From Octopus sinensis (lineage: Eukaryota), in NCBI RefSeq assembly GCF_006345805.1, contig NC_043003.1:86986001-87050000 (forward strand): a stretch of 64,000 nucleotides of DNA, in the 5' to 3' direction. Position 1 is the first letter of the stretch. Each line of letters opens with the position of its first letter. The notes under the pieces are model-generated. The model was not told where the DNA came from. It searched no databases and worked only from the letters and a program-made list of their open reading frames with translations. Shown here piece after piece: positions 12,004-24,033 of the stretch. Position numbers and translations under genes: made by a program.

Positions 12004-12318
12004 GGTACTACTTGATAACAGTGGTCCCGGTGCGCGCACTCGCTTAGTTGCGCATCCGCGCTAACTAGTCATGACTAGTCGATCCTTACTTTGTGTTTTT
12101 GTGTTATTTCCTTTATTAAAAAATTATTTACTTTGTGTTTTTGTGTTTTATTTACTTTGTTTAACAAAAATTATTTACTTTGTGTAAAAAAATTATTTAT
12201 TTCGTGTTTTATTTACTTTGCTAGGTAGTCGTTGTAGGATCGACTAGTCACGACTAGCTAGCGCAGATGCATGACTACGCGAGTGCGCGCACCGGGACCA
12301 CTGTTCTCGAGTAGTACC
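12004..12318. mobile_element. Merlin-like MITE
   Basis: Imperfect ~85-bp TIRs starting GGTAC, AT-rich core, and an 8-bp TSD GGGTTTTG (11996-12003 and 12319-12326). GG termini with 8-9-bp TSD are characteristic of Merlin/IS1016. Confidence 0.75.
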
Positions 12319-13086
12319 GGGTTTTGTAGTATATTAGGTCACCGGAATTCATTCAACAAAAAAATTTCCAATGATTCCGGGACAAAAATAAGGACTTTGC
12401 AGCATATTAGGAGGTCAGGGGACTTGATTCCACCCAAAAAATTCTGCGGGCGAAAGGATCAAAATTTACCATTTCATTATTCAAAAGTTAATAAAACACT
12501 ACATACTCATTAATATATCACCACAACAAGTTATAATATTAAATTACCAGTGACTAATATAAACTTAAATTTCATTAAATAGGAACTAATGAAAGTACTT
12601 GTAATTAACTATTATTAGAAATGTTGCTATGCTTAATGCTAATTAAACCGTTTAAAAGATAATAAAACTACAAGTAGTTTACTTACATGTTTACTTAAAC
12701 ATTTACATGTTTAATCAGACACGCTGTTCTCCCAAGAAGAATTTAAAGGGCCAAGTAAATATTGATGATCTTTGCGTAATTACTACTTTCTCAATTGTCT
12801 CAGTATTGGTGACGTAGTAAACAAATGACTCGAATCGTAAACCTTCAAATCCTTACAAAATATTTACTGAGCTGAAGACTAGATATTACCCCATATTTAT
12901 TTAAAATTTAAAGTTTCCCACCTAAACAGCAATTAAAAGTTTATACCCTTGTTATACTAAATGTCTTAACAGCTTATTTATTCTTTCTAAAAATTTATTA
13001 GCATTATTAATAATAGTACTATGTCTAACAATTTGCCCTACAGTTCACCGTATCCAGTGAAAGAAGGAATTTTACTACTAAACCAT

Positions 13087-13749
13087 GGTATTGAAGCCAC
13101 TGGGCGGCGAGCTGGCAGAAACGTTAGCACGCCGGGCGAAATGCGTAGCCGTATTTCGTCTGTCGTTACGTTGTGAGTTCAAATTCCGCCGAGGTCGACT
13201 TTGCCTTTCATCCTTTCGGGGTAGATAAGTATTGAAGCCACTGGGCGGCGAGCTGGCAGAAACGTTAGCACGCCGGGCGAAATGCGTAGCCGTATTTCGT
13301 CTGTCGTTACGTTGTGAGTTCAAATTCCGCCGAGGTCGACTTTGCCTTTCATCCTTTCGGGGTAGATAAGTATTGAAGCCACTGGGCGGCGAGCTGGCAG
13401 AAACGTTAGCACGCCGGGCGAAATGCGTAGCCGTATTTCGTCTGTCGTTACGTTGTGAGTTCAAATTCCGCCGAGATCGACTTTGCCTTTCATCCTTTCG
13501 GGGTAGATAAGTATTGAAGCCACTGGGCGGCGAGCTGGCAGAAACGTTAGCACGCCGGGCGAAATGCGTAGCCGTATTTCGTCTGTCGTTACGTTGTGAG
13601 TTCAAATTCCGCCGAGGTCGAATTTGCTTTTCATCCTTTCGGGGTAGATAAGTACCAGTTACGATGTAATCGATGTAATCGACTTAATACCTATGTCTGT
13701 CCTTGTTTAGCCCCTTGTGGGTAATAAAGAAATAGGTATTGAAGCCACT
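13087..13749 (+). repeat. Tandem array of 141-bp units (target site plus SINE A 5' half) x4, ending in the SINE 3' half
   Basis: Units start at 13088, 13229, 13370 and 13511. 15-bp TSD GGTATTGAAGCCACT at 13087-13101 and 13735-13749. Confidence 0.9.
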
Positions 13750-14099
13750 TCGAAAACAAATTTTCTCTTTTATTATAAATGTCAGGGTCAATATAATGAT
13801 CTTCACCCGTGAGCAAAAAATGAATAAATAAACCAGCCTGCTGGTTGTTAAGAACCATGTAGAAAACGAAGTATATATTTCATAGCTATCTTTAATTACT
13901 AGATTGACATCAAAATAATTAATATTTCTTATATTATTACCATTTCTGGCGGCTATAAAGCTCACAATGGTATATATTGGTGTGTGTTTGTGCTAACGCA
14001 TTTCCTCATTTTGACATAATACAATAGTTGCAAGTGAATATCACCGTCACTTCCAATTCTCCTGTGAAAACATGTCCAGCTCTAAGGAAATAACAACTT

Positions 14100-14487
14100 T
14101 TCTGCTCTAGGCACAAAGCCCGAAATTTTTGGAGAGGGGTCAGTCCATTAAATCGTCCCCAGTACGCAACTGGTACTTAATTTATCGATCCCGAAAGGGT
14201 GAAAGGCAAAGTCGACCTCAGCGGAATTTCAACTCAGAACGTAAAGACAGACGAAATACCTATTTCTTTACTACCCACAAGGGGTTAAACACAGAGAGGA
14301 CAAACAAAGACAGACAAACGGATTAAGTCGATTACATCGACCCCAGTGCGTAACTGGTACTGAATTTATCGACCCCGAAAGGATGAAAGGCAAAGTCGAC
14401 GTCGGTGGAATTTGAACTCAGAACGTAACGGCAGACGAAATACGGCTACGCATTTCACCCGGCGTGCTAACGTTTCTGCCAGCTCGC
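14100..14487 (-). mobile_element. SINE A dimer; the outer unit carries the older tail type
   Basis: Reverse complement of the SINE A consensus, with the same dimer junction (14254-14260). Confidence 0.8.
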
Positions 14488-14573
14488 GGTCGTGAGGAAA
14501 TAATATCTTACATGTTAACAGGTGAGGGTTGGTGACAAAAAAGGCATCCGAACGTAGAAAATCTGTCTTATAG

Positions 14574-15060
14574 GCGTAGGAGTGACTGTGTGGTAAGTAG
14601 CTTGCCTACCAACCACATGGTTCCGGGTTCAATCCTACTGTGTGGCACCTTGGGTAAGTGTCTTCTACTGTAGCCTCGGGTCGACCAAAGCCTTGTGAGT
14701 GGACTTGGTAGGCGGAAACTTAAAGAAGCCCATCGTATGTGTGTGTGTGTGTGCATGTTTGTGTGTCTGCGTTTGTCCCCCAACCATCGCTTGAAAACTG
14801 ATGTTAGTGCGTTTACGTCCCCGTAACCGAGTGGTTCGGCAAAAGATTCCGATAAAATAAGTTCTAGGCTTACAAAGAATAATTTACGTTCCCGTAACTT
14901 TGTTTACGTTCCCGTAACTTAGCTGTTCGGCAAAGGAGACCAATAGAATAAGTACCAGAAGTACTGGGGTTGACTCAGTCGACTAAAAATTCTTCAAAGC
15001 GGTACCACAGCATGGTCGCAGTCTAGTGACGGAAAAAAAGCAAACGGTAAAAAAAAAAAA
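14574..15060 (+). mobile_element. SINE B
   Basis: Homology to 9202-9616. Confidence 0.8.
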
Positions 15061-15462
15061 AAGAAGTATAAAAGAAATACAAGAACGGTGAATGGAGGAC
15101 TTCGTAAACGTATTCTCTGTTTTACGGAATTGAGCTGAAGAGGCTTTTCGGAAATCTAGTAGAAGACACTAGAATTAAGAAAGAATATTGAAGTAGTCCG
15201 TTGTTTTATTTATTTATTGTTTCTTTAAGTTGATTTAAGAGAATTGGATCTGGTGAGAAAATTGACATAGGACTAAGTTTGGTTGAGATAGACAGCAATT
15301 CAGCTTCGTCGGAAATATGCAAATATGGAAACTAGCAAACAGGAACGTAATTGTAAACTCATAGATATGACGGCAGTGATAACCACAACGGTGATGGCGA
15401 TAGCAACGACAGCAACTATTATAATGTGGTGTGATGGTTATGATGGTGATTGCAGGGTGGAG

Positions 15463-15494
<32 letters not shown>

Positions 15495-16309
15495 GGTGAG
15501 GATGTTAATAGCATGATTACAATGTGTTGGTGGCGACGAAGATGATGGTGATCCTCGTCATGGTTACAACGACATTAATAACGATGACGTAACAGTGATT
15601 ATATTGATGCTGATGGAGGGAGTGGAGGTGGGGTGGGGTAGGATGGGATGCGGTGGTGGTGGTGGTGGTAGCGGATTGGGTTTAATGGAGAAGTGATGAA
15701 GACGATGCTGGTGGCCGCGGTGATGGTAGTGGTAATGGTGGACGATGATAACAGGTTACAGTAGGGAAGTGTTGACAAAAGCATTGAGAATGTACACGTC
15801 AGAACTGAGTGTAAACAGAGGTGCAAATGAGGAAAGCTTATTAAATAAACACTGATGTCTTGAAAAGAAAAAAGAATTTGGTCCAAGGCATTTACAGAGA
15901 TTACAAGGGATTAAGAGACAACTAGCTTGTCGTCTGATATATTCCCTATCACCACCCACCACCTAGATTTACGAGTGAGGGAGCTTCATTATAATTGCTT
16001 GATCTGCTGCAGTGAACAACCGTATCTCCTTCAAATGACGCTCTGCTGTCTTTAACAAATGGCACTTTAGATTATGTAACCCTCGATATACTGTGTCGGA
16101 AAAACAACATAAAAGAAGAAAAGATCACAGCTGGAATGTCATTATGATACCTCTGCTCGGTAAGAGCTGACCTGGGGCTAAACAGCCACAACACATCTCT
16201 GACGACTGATATGCCTCTTAGCACCACTAAGAGTTACCGTCCAGGGAGTTTCAACGTTGTCATCCAACCTGCTAGAAATAACAACAAAATCTGCTCCAAA
16301 TCTCTTTTA

Positions 16310-16600
16310 CTATCATCATCATCGTTTAACGTCACTTTCCATGCTGGCATGGGTTGGACGGTTTGACTGAGGACTGGCAAGCCAGGAGGCTGCACTAGGC
16401 TCCAATCGGATCTGGCAAGGTTTCTACAGCCGGATGCCATTGTTAGCACCAACCACTCCGAGAGTGTAGTGGGTTCTTACGTGTCACCGACACGGGGGCC
16501 AGTCAGGCGATACTGGCATCGACCACGCTCGAACGGTGCTTTTTACGTACCACCGGCACGTAAGCCAGTCAGGCAGCATTGGCATCGACCATACTCCGCC
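16310..16600 (-). mobile_element. 3' end of an RTE-type LINE or its SINE, with (GAT)n tail
   Basis: CCATGCTGGCATGGGTTGGACGG...GGATGCC motif next to (ATC)n. Repeated at ~16801-17000 and ~18003-18065. Confidence 0.55.
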
Positions 16601-17205
16601 TATCCATTCTTGCATGAGTCTGATGGATTATTTTTCTAATCAGCCTGCCTTATACTGAGACCCTTCGTCATTTCATTCATAAGGTTCAGCCTTCAGAAAT
16701 CAGTTATCACCACATTTATCTATCATTTCCTCGGTTTTCTTCTTCTGCAAATTCCTATTTGCTTTGATTGGCACAGCTTTAACCAACTGCATCAATAAAT
16801 ATCATCATCATCATTGAACGGCCGTTTTCTATGCTGGCATGGGTTTGACGGTTTGACCGGAGCTAGTAAAACCAGGGCCTACACCAGGCTCCATTGTCTG
16901 TTCTGGCATGACTTCTACGGCTGGATACCTTTCCTAACGCCAACTACCCCATAGTGTGTACTGGGTGCTTTTAACCTTGCACCAGCATGACTGATTTTCA
17001 TGTAGCATCAGTATCAATTCTGCTGTGGCGGGCGTATCTTTTTGAATACAACAATGCGCCTGATAGAGACCGATAAAATACTAAACTGAAATAATTAATA
17101 TGATCAATAAGAACTCCTGAAGGTGATACCCTAGTATGTCCGTAGTCAAGTGAAAGAGACCGGTAAAAGAATACGAGACAACAAAACAACAAAATGCCCT
17201 TTCAG

Positions 17206-17407
17206 GATCTTGTTAAATTTCTTCGAACTATTTGAAATATTTAAAAGTTTCATCAGGTTGTTTTTCAAAAGACATCTAATTTTGCATGTTGATGACAAGC
17301 GTGTTCATTGTTTTCAAGAAATTAATAATAAAGAAATTACATCATTGTAGAAAATCTGGTGAAAATTTGACATACTTCAAGTGGTTCGAAGAATTTTAAC
17401 AAGATAT
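17206..17407. mobile_element. Possible old MITE
   Basis: Imperfect ~30-bp inverted ends (ATCTTGTTAAATTTCTTCGAAC / GTTCGAAGAATTTTAACAAGAT). No clear TSD. Confidence 0.35.
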
Positions 17408-18154
17408 CCCTTTCACTCTGTTTGCTTCTTCACTTGTAACCACGTTGCTGTACTCAATGTAATATTGCCTAAATCGATCGGGCTAAACACAGTTTATAAT
17501 GGCATAGCAACGATTCGTTCTGGGTTAAATTTATGCAGAACCATCGCGCAAATGTAAGTATAACAGAAACTTACTGTACAACTTTAATATTAATGATAAC
17601 GAGGACATAAAGAGCAATTTAGACACATCTTCAGCGAATTAGTGTTTGAAGTAAACACACATGACTTTGATTTTCAAAATTAGGAATTTCTTTGTTCTCA
17701 AGGATTATAGGATGCCCACTCAAAATATTAAGGGATACTGGAATCAGAAACGAGGAAGGCTTAGAGGGGGGAGAGGAAGGACGAATGAGATTCTATGCAG
17801 TCTCTCTATCGGTTAATAACAGCAACGAAACCTCCCTTAAATTTACACTCTACTATCTTAAAATAGAAACACATTGATCAATGTAATCTTACATATATTA
17901 TGCCGCGAGAAAATAAAATCAGGGGAAAAAAAAGCAGAATAATCAGAGGCGGAACATCTGTCATCATATCTGCTTGATCAGAGCTGACTTACGGTTAAAC
18001 ATCGTCGTCGTCATCATCATCATCTAACGTCCGTTTTCCATACAGGCATGGGTTGGACGATTTGTTACGCCTAAAACCGGTGATGTACGTATTCTTTATA
18101 TATACGCCATATATATATGTAATATGTATATATAATATATATATAATATATAAG

Positions 18155-20115
18155 AAAGAGCAGACAAAGAAGCCTGGGCTATAGTCAACATAAAATCTAA
18201 CCCGAGAGCTTTCTACAAGTTTGCCAAAGAAACAGCTAGGCATGGATAGGGCCACTCCTTGAAAAAGATGGTACACTCACAGGAAATCCAATGAGGATAA
18301 GTGAAATACTAAATGAGCAATTCAAAAGTATTTTCACTCCACCCCTCGTGCATTTTCAAGTCAGCAATCCTACTGACTTCTTTACCACTGCAGATATAAA
18401 ATCAGAGGCAGCGATGATTGATTACATCAATATAAAGGAAGACAATGTAATAAGGGCTATAGATGAAATGAACCCAAACTCAGCTACTGGCCTCGATGGA
18501 TTACTAGCAATCCTTCTAAAAGTATGTAAAAGAGTCCTAGCAAGACCACTGCAGTTCCTCTTTCAGAGCTTCCTTGCAATTGGCAAACTTCCAAGAAAAC
18601 TGGAAGAAGGTAAAATATGCCCTATTCATAAAGGAGGTAGCAGAGCGGAGGCCAAGAACTACAGACCTATCTCTCTGACCTCCCACATCAGCAATGTCAT
18701 GGAACGAATAGTCAGAAGGAAACTAATCGCCTTCCTTGAAGAAAATGACTTGCTGCCTGACACCCAACATGGTTTCCGACCAGAAAGAAGCTGCTTAACT
18801 CAGCTCCTACAACACAATGACTGGGTGCTGAAACGACTGCTCAAACACTCAACTGTGGAAGTGATATATCTCGACTTTGCAAAGGCCTTTGATAAAGTCG
18901 ATCATGGAATGATATGTCACAAACTGCGTGATCTCGGCATAGTAGGAAAATTGGGAGAATGGCTTCATGACTTTTTGAAGGATAGAAGTCAGGTGGTAGT
19001 AGCCAATGGGGCCACCTCCATTAACACAAGAATAGTGAGCGGTGTTCCGCAGGGCACTGTTTTGGGACCACTACTATTCCTAATGGCTCTCTCAGACATG
19101 CCCTCAGCCACGCAGAGAGCCACGATCACAAGTTATGCAGATGATACAAAAGTTCCACAGGTAATACAGAACCCTGAAGACACTATGCACCTGCAATGTG
19201 AGCTGGACGAAATATACAAGTGGGCTGAAAAGAATAGCATGCAGTTCAATGCTGAAAAGTTTCAAGCTTTATGCTATCAGCATGCAAAACTAAATGCAAT
19301 ACCCAATAAATACACTGGACCTGGAGGGATTGCAATCCCAGAGGCACAATCAGTGCGAGACCTGGGTATTTACATGAGTAATGATGCAGCCTTTCATGTG
19401 CATGTTGCTAAATTGGCAATGAAATGTAGGCGGCTGACCGGATGGATTCTTAGAGCCTTTAGAACAAGAGACCAGGAAACCATGATGGTCTTCTGGAGGA
19501 CACTTGTCCTAAGCCACTTTGACTATTGCTCTTAGCTATGGTCACCATCCAGTGTCAAATTAATCACAGAACTTGAGGCGATCCAACGAAGCTACACGAA
19601 GATAGCCTCTGTGCAGCATATAAGCTATTGGGAAAGACTCAAGAGATTAAGACTCTATTCCTTAGAGCGTAGGCGAGAAAGATATGCCATAATATACATC
19701 TGGAAGATCCTGGAAGGACATGTTCCAAACTTTGGCATCGAGAGTTACACAAATACCAGAACTGGGCGCCACTGCATAGTGCCAAGGACTCCAAATTTGC
19801 CATCAAGAAGTAAGACAAGATACTGTGATAGCCTGGGCTTCAGAGGTCCACAGCTCTTCAATATCCTCCCGAAGGACCTGAGAGATCTGCATGGGGTGGA
19901 TGCAGATGTCTTTAAAATAAAATTGGATCTCTTCCTGTCAGGTGTCCCAGATGAACCAACTTCCCGGCAGGAGGTGCAGATGAGGACAGCTGCATCGAAC
20001 TCTTTCATGCACCAAATGGCAATTGCTAAAAACCATTCGTGAAGTAAAATATGTAGCAACACTGAATGGCGGTGCCCTAGCATGGCCACAGCTCATGAGC
20101 TGAAACTAGATGAAA
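18155..20115 (+). mobile_element. 5'-truncated CR1-type LINE
   Basis: IKSNPRAFYKF linker motif, complete RT domain, C-terminal LYSLERRRERY motif, 3' stem-loop CAGCTCA/TGAGCTG and a short repeat tail. No endonuclease domain. Confidence 0.9.
18291..20042 (+). pseudogene. Reverse transcriptase ORF of the CR1-type LINE (one nonsense codon)
   Basis: NYRPISLTS, QHGFR, YLDFAKAFDKVDH, SGVPQGTVLGPLLF and YADDTK. TAG at 19533-19535 (DYCS*LW), with the same frame resuming to 20042. Frameshift near 18243. Confidence 0.9.
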
Positions 20116-20569
20116 TATAAAAATATAAAATATAATATATATATAATATATAAATATTATATATAACATATATATAACAAATATAATATATATATATGAA
20201 AGAAAAAAGGTGTTCAGAATACTGGATGGTAGTAAAAATATATATTTATTTACATATCACATATTATTTCTTCATATTAGCGCTTTCAACTACTCCTGTA
20301 GTTTCATCAGAAATTGTAAAGTTTTGCCTGCATTTATATTGTTGGTAAATGAAGTGGGGAGAGAGAGAGTGTATGTGTGTGTGTGTATGCAATGGGAAAT
20401 AGAGGAAGGGAGAAGGCGAGAGAGAGAGAGGAGTAATAGGGAGATAGAGGGATGGAGAAGGTGAAAGAGAGAGAATATGGGTGTGTGTGTTTTAAAACTG
20501 CATTTTTCTCTTTATTTCTTTTTTCTTTTTTTTTTGTGTGTTTGTATTTTTTGAATGACACTTGTAAGA

Positions 20570-20945
20570 AGTGTGGTAAGTAGCTTGTTTACCAACCACA
20601 TGGTTCCGGGTTCAGTCCCACTGCGTGGCATCTTGGGCAAGTGTCTTCTGCTATAGCCCCGGGTCGACCAATGCCTTGTGAGTGGATTTGGTAGACGGAA
20701 ACTGAAAGAAGCCTGTCGTATATATGTATGTGTGTGTTTGTGTGTCTGTGTTTGTCCCCCTAGCATTGCTTGACAACCGATGCTGGTGTGTTTACGTCCT
20801 CGTCACTTAGCGGTTCGCAAAAGAGACCGATAGAATAAGTACTGGGCTTACAAAGAATAAGTCCCGGGGTCGATTTGCTCGACTAAAGGCAGTGCTCCAG
20901 CATGGCCGCAGTCAAATGACTGAAAGAAGTTAAAGAGTAAAAAGA
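20570..20945 (+). mobile_element. SINE B (5' end slightly truncated)
   Basis: Near identical to the reverse complement of 9202-9616. Confidence 0.9.
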
Positions 20946-21598
20946 GAGAGAGAAGGAAAAAGAGGGTTTGTTTTTCAATAGTAGGAGTGTTGCTATGTAC
21001 ACCCACACATATCCTTACGTATAAACATATACGTATATATATATATATATATCCTCATACGCTCATGAACTTAATGGTTCTAAAGGTCCTGGGGTCGATT
21101 CATTCGACAGAAATTCTACAAAGCGGATGGCCGCAGTAAAATGACTGAAACAAGTAAAAAATAAAAGAATAAAATTAGAGTCGTGTTCCATGAATCATTG
21201 ACTGACTATAAAATTAGCGAAAACATTAATAAAGTAATAATTGTTATTTTTTAAAATTAATTAACGGTTAATGGTATTACCTCATTAAATAGAAGTAGCA
21301 AATTTCAAAAGCGGTAATTTATTTCATTTCTCTAAAAATTAATTTGTCTTCCTCTCTTATAGAGGCGTAGTGGTTTTGCGAATAGTGTGTGACCTCCGAG
21401 TGTATGAGTTGTTATATTCATTTCCTGGTTTTGTTGTGTCTCTAAACTATTTAATTTTGCTTGTCTTTCTTTCTTCTTGCTGTTAGAGGCAGGTAACAAC
21501 ATTTTCTCGTTACATCAAACTCAAATTTGCTTCACTGACGAAAAAAGAATGATACTCTTTCTACCTTGGACTGACAAAGAACGACCAGTGAAATAACA

Positions 21599-21921
21599 GT
21601 AGGCGGCTGACCGGATGGATTCTTAGAGCCTTTAGAACAAGAGACCAGGAAACCATGATGGTCCTCTGGAGGACACTTGTCCTAAGCCACTTTGACTATT
21701 GCTCTTAGCTATGGTCACCATCCAGTGTCAAATTAATCACAGAACTTGAGGCGATGCAACGAAGATACACGAAGAAGATAGTCTCTGTGCAGCATATAAG
21801 CTATTGGGAAAGACTCAAAAGATTAAGACTCTATTCCTTAGATCTGGAAGATCCTGGAAGGACTTGTCCCAAACTTTGGCATCGAGAGTTACACAAATAC
21901 CAGAACTGGGCGCCACTGCAT
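21599..21921 (+). mobile_element. Internal fragment of the CR1-type LINE
   Basis: Near identical to ~19426-19768, with a ~30-bp internal deletion and no LINE 3' tail. Confidence 0.9.
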
Positions 21922-22298
21922 ACGTATATATTATGTATGTTATATATATGCATGCATGTATGTTTATATGTGTGTGCGTGCGTAAATATGTATGTATATA
22001 TAAATGCATAAATACAATTATAAATAAGGGCAAAAAGAAAACTTCTTTGCCAATATGTTGAAAAATAGACACTAAATCGTCTAACCACATAAAATATTTT
22101 CACTTGTATTACTACACTACGCGCCAAAACGAGGAAAGCAAGCTAACAGAAATTCATAAAAGATTTAGTTATCTCCGAATCGGTTCCGATTTCTGGATTA
22201 ATCCAAAAAGGATTTTTCCTTTATCAGCTGACTGGCCCAAAACACACACATAACAAAACGATGGAATTTATCGGTTATCGCTACATAGGTTATCGTGT

Positions 22299-22507
22299 AC
22301 TCTTTACTCTTTTACTTGTTTCAGTCATTTGACTGCGACCATGCTGGAGCACCGCCTTTAGTTGAGCAACTCGACCCCTGGACTTATTCTTTGTAAGCCC
22401 AGTACTTATTCTATCGGTCTCTTTTGCCGAACCGCTAAGTGACGGAGACGTAAACACACCAGCATCGGTTGTCAAGCAATGCTAGGAGGACAAACACAGA
22501 CATACAA

Positions 22508-22555
<48 letters not shown>

Positions 22556-22883
22556 GGCTCAGTGGTTAGAGCGTCGAGCTTACGATCGTGAGGTTGTGAG
22601 CTCGAATCCCGGACCGGGCTGGGTGTTGTGCTCTTGAGCAAGGCACTTTATTTCACGTTGCTCCAGTTCACTCAGCTGTAGAAATGAGTTGCGACGTCAC
22701 TGGTGCCAAGCTGTATCGACCTTTGTCTTTCCCTTGGATAACACTGGTAGCGTGGAGAGGGGAGGCTGGTATGCATGGGCGACTGCTGGTCTTCCATAAA
22801 CAACCGTGTCCGGACTTGTGTCTAGGAGGGTAACTTTCTAGGTGCAATCCCATGGTCATTCATGACCGAAGTGGGTCTTTACC

Positions 22884-22917
<34 letters not shown>

Positions 22918-23078
22918 GACAGGCTTCTTTCAGTTTCCGTCTACCAAATCCACTCACAAGGCATTGGTCGGCCCGAGTCTATAGCAGAAGACACTTGCCC
23001 AAGATGCCACGCAGTGGGACTCAACCCGGAACCATGTGGTTGGTAAGCAAGCTACTTACCACACAGCCACTCCTGCGC
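22299..23078 (-). mobile_element. SINE B interrupted by a full-length SINE C (+, 22554-22888)
   Basis: SINE B halves lie on either side. SINE C sits in the internal microsatellite. Confidence 0.85.
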
Positions 23079-23386
23079 CTATTTGTTTTTTTGTTTTTTG
23101 TTTTTTTGTTTTTGTTATTCTTCGAATTCTTCCATTCAAGAAGGGTTTGGTTTCTTACAAAGTAAAATTCTCAGTCGCTGGATTTCAAATAACATCAACA
23201 GTTATAAGTTATAATTTGAATTTTAGAATCTATATATACAATAACTTCACGGCTATAATTACAGCCTGAATTCGCAAATTTCTTGTCAACTAATCACTTT
23301 CTTTGTCCCCAGTCTTTGGGATTAACTTTGACACTTAGTGACTTATACAAATACACAATGGCGATGAATGCAGATTTGAACTTATA

Positions 23387-23889
23387 ATGCATGTATGTTT
23401 ATTATGTTTACGTATTATTATGAAATCTGATAATTGTCTCTCTTCTCTTTTCAGTTTAGTATGTTCGAGTTTCTCTCTTGGTTTAACGTCAGCAACCTGA
23501 AATATATATTAACCGTCGTAGCAGTCATTGTGGGTTTAATTGCGTTCATATGTGTCTTCAGGAGAATAGAAGAGATTTGCCGGTGTATAACATGTTGCTG
23601 TAAATTCTTCAACATTGATTCCCTTCCAAAGATCAATGTAAACAATTCTCCTAGTTGCAACAGGGTTTTCTCGTCGAATTGGTTACGAAACAGATTTCGT
23701 CGCAGCGGTCGATCTCGAACAATCACGCGAATCCCTAAAGCAATGAATCCACGACCCCGACCTGTCATCAACCAGCGTACTACACATAGAGTGATTCACC
23801 GCACCGTACCAGTAATTAGACACAGAATGCCGATGAGATTCCCTTCAAGGCCACCACTCAAGATTTCGACGTTAAGATTTCCTGTTTGA
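23387..23889 (+). CDS. Putative small single-pass membrane protein (146 aa if spliced ATG CAT | TTT AGT ATG; 142 aa from ATG 23461)
   Basis: Non-repetitive ORF with a 19-aa hydrophobic segment (YILTVVAVIVGLIAFICVF), Cys cluster CRCITCCC and an Arg/Pro-rich tail. Candidate 62-nt intron 23393-23454 (GTATGT, CTGAT branch, pyrimidine tract, CAG). An upstream acceptor at 23311-23312 has a CTAAT branch. AATAAA lies downstream at ~24095. No family recognised. Confidence 0.55.
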
Positions 23890-23950
23890 CCATCATGAAA
23901 TAACATTTAGAGGACGATGATGATCATGTTTACGCCATAGACACATGCAT

Positions 23951-23984
<34 letters not shown>

Positions 23985-23985
23985 G

Positions 23986-24033
<48 letters not shown>

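Noticed and set aside
13078-13605. 175-aa repetitive ORF, and the array as a possible CRISPR
   Set aside because: It is the antisense translation of four SINE heads. The units are identical with no unique spacers, there are no cas genes, and the context is eukaryotic.
15325-15886. His/Pro/Thr-rich or Val-rich ORFs
   Set aside because: Explained by (GGT)n/(GTT)n/(GAT)n simple repeats; no convincing exon structure.
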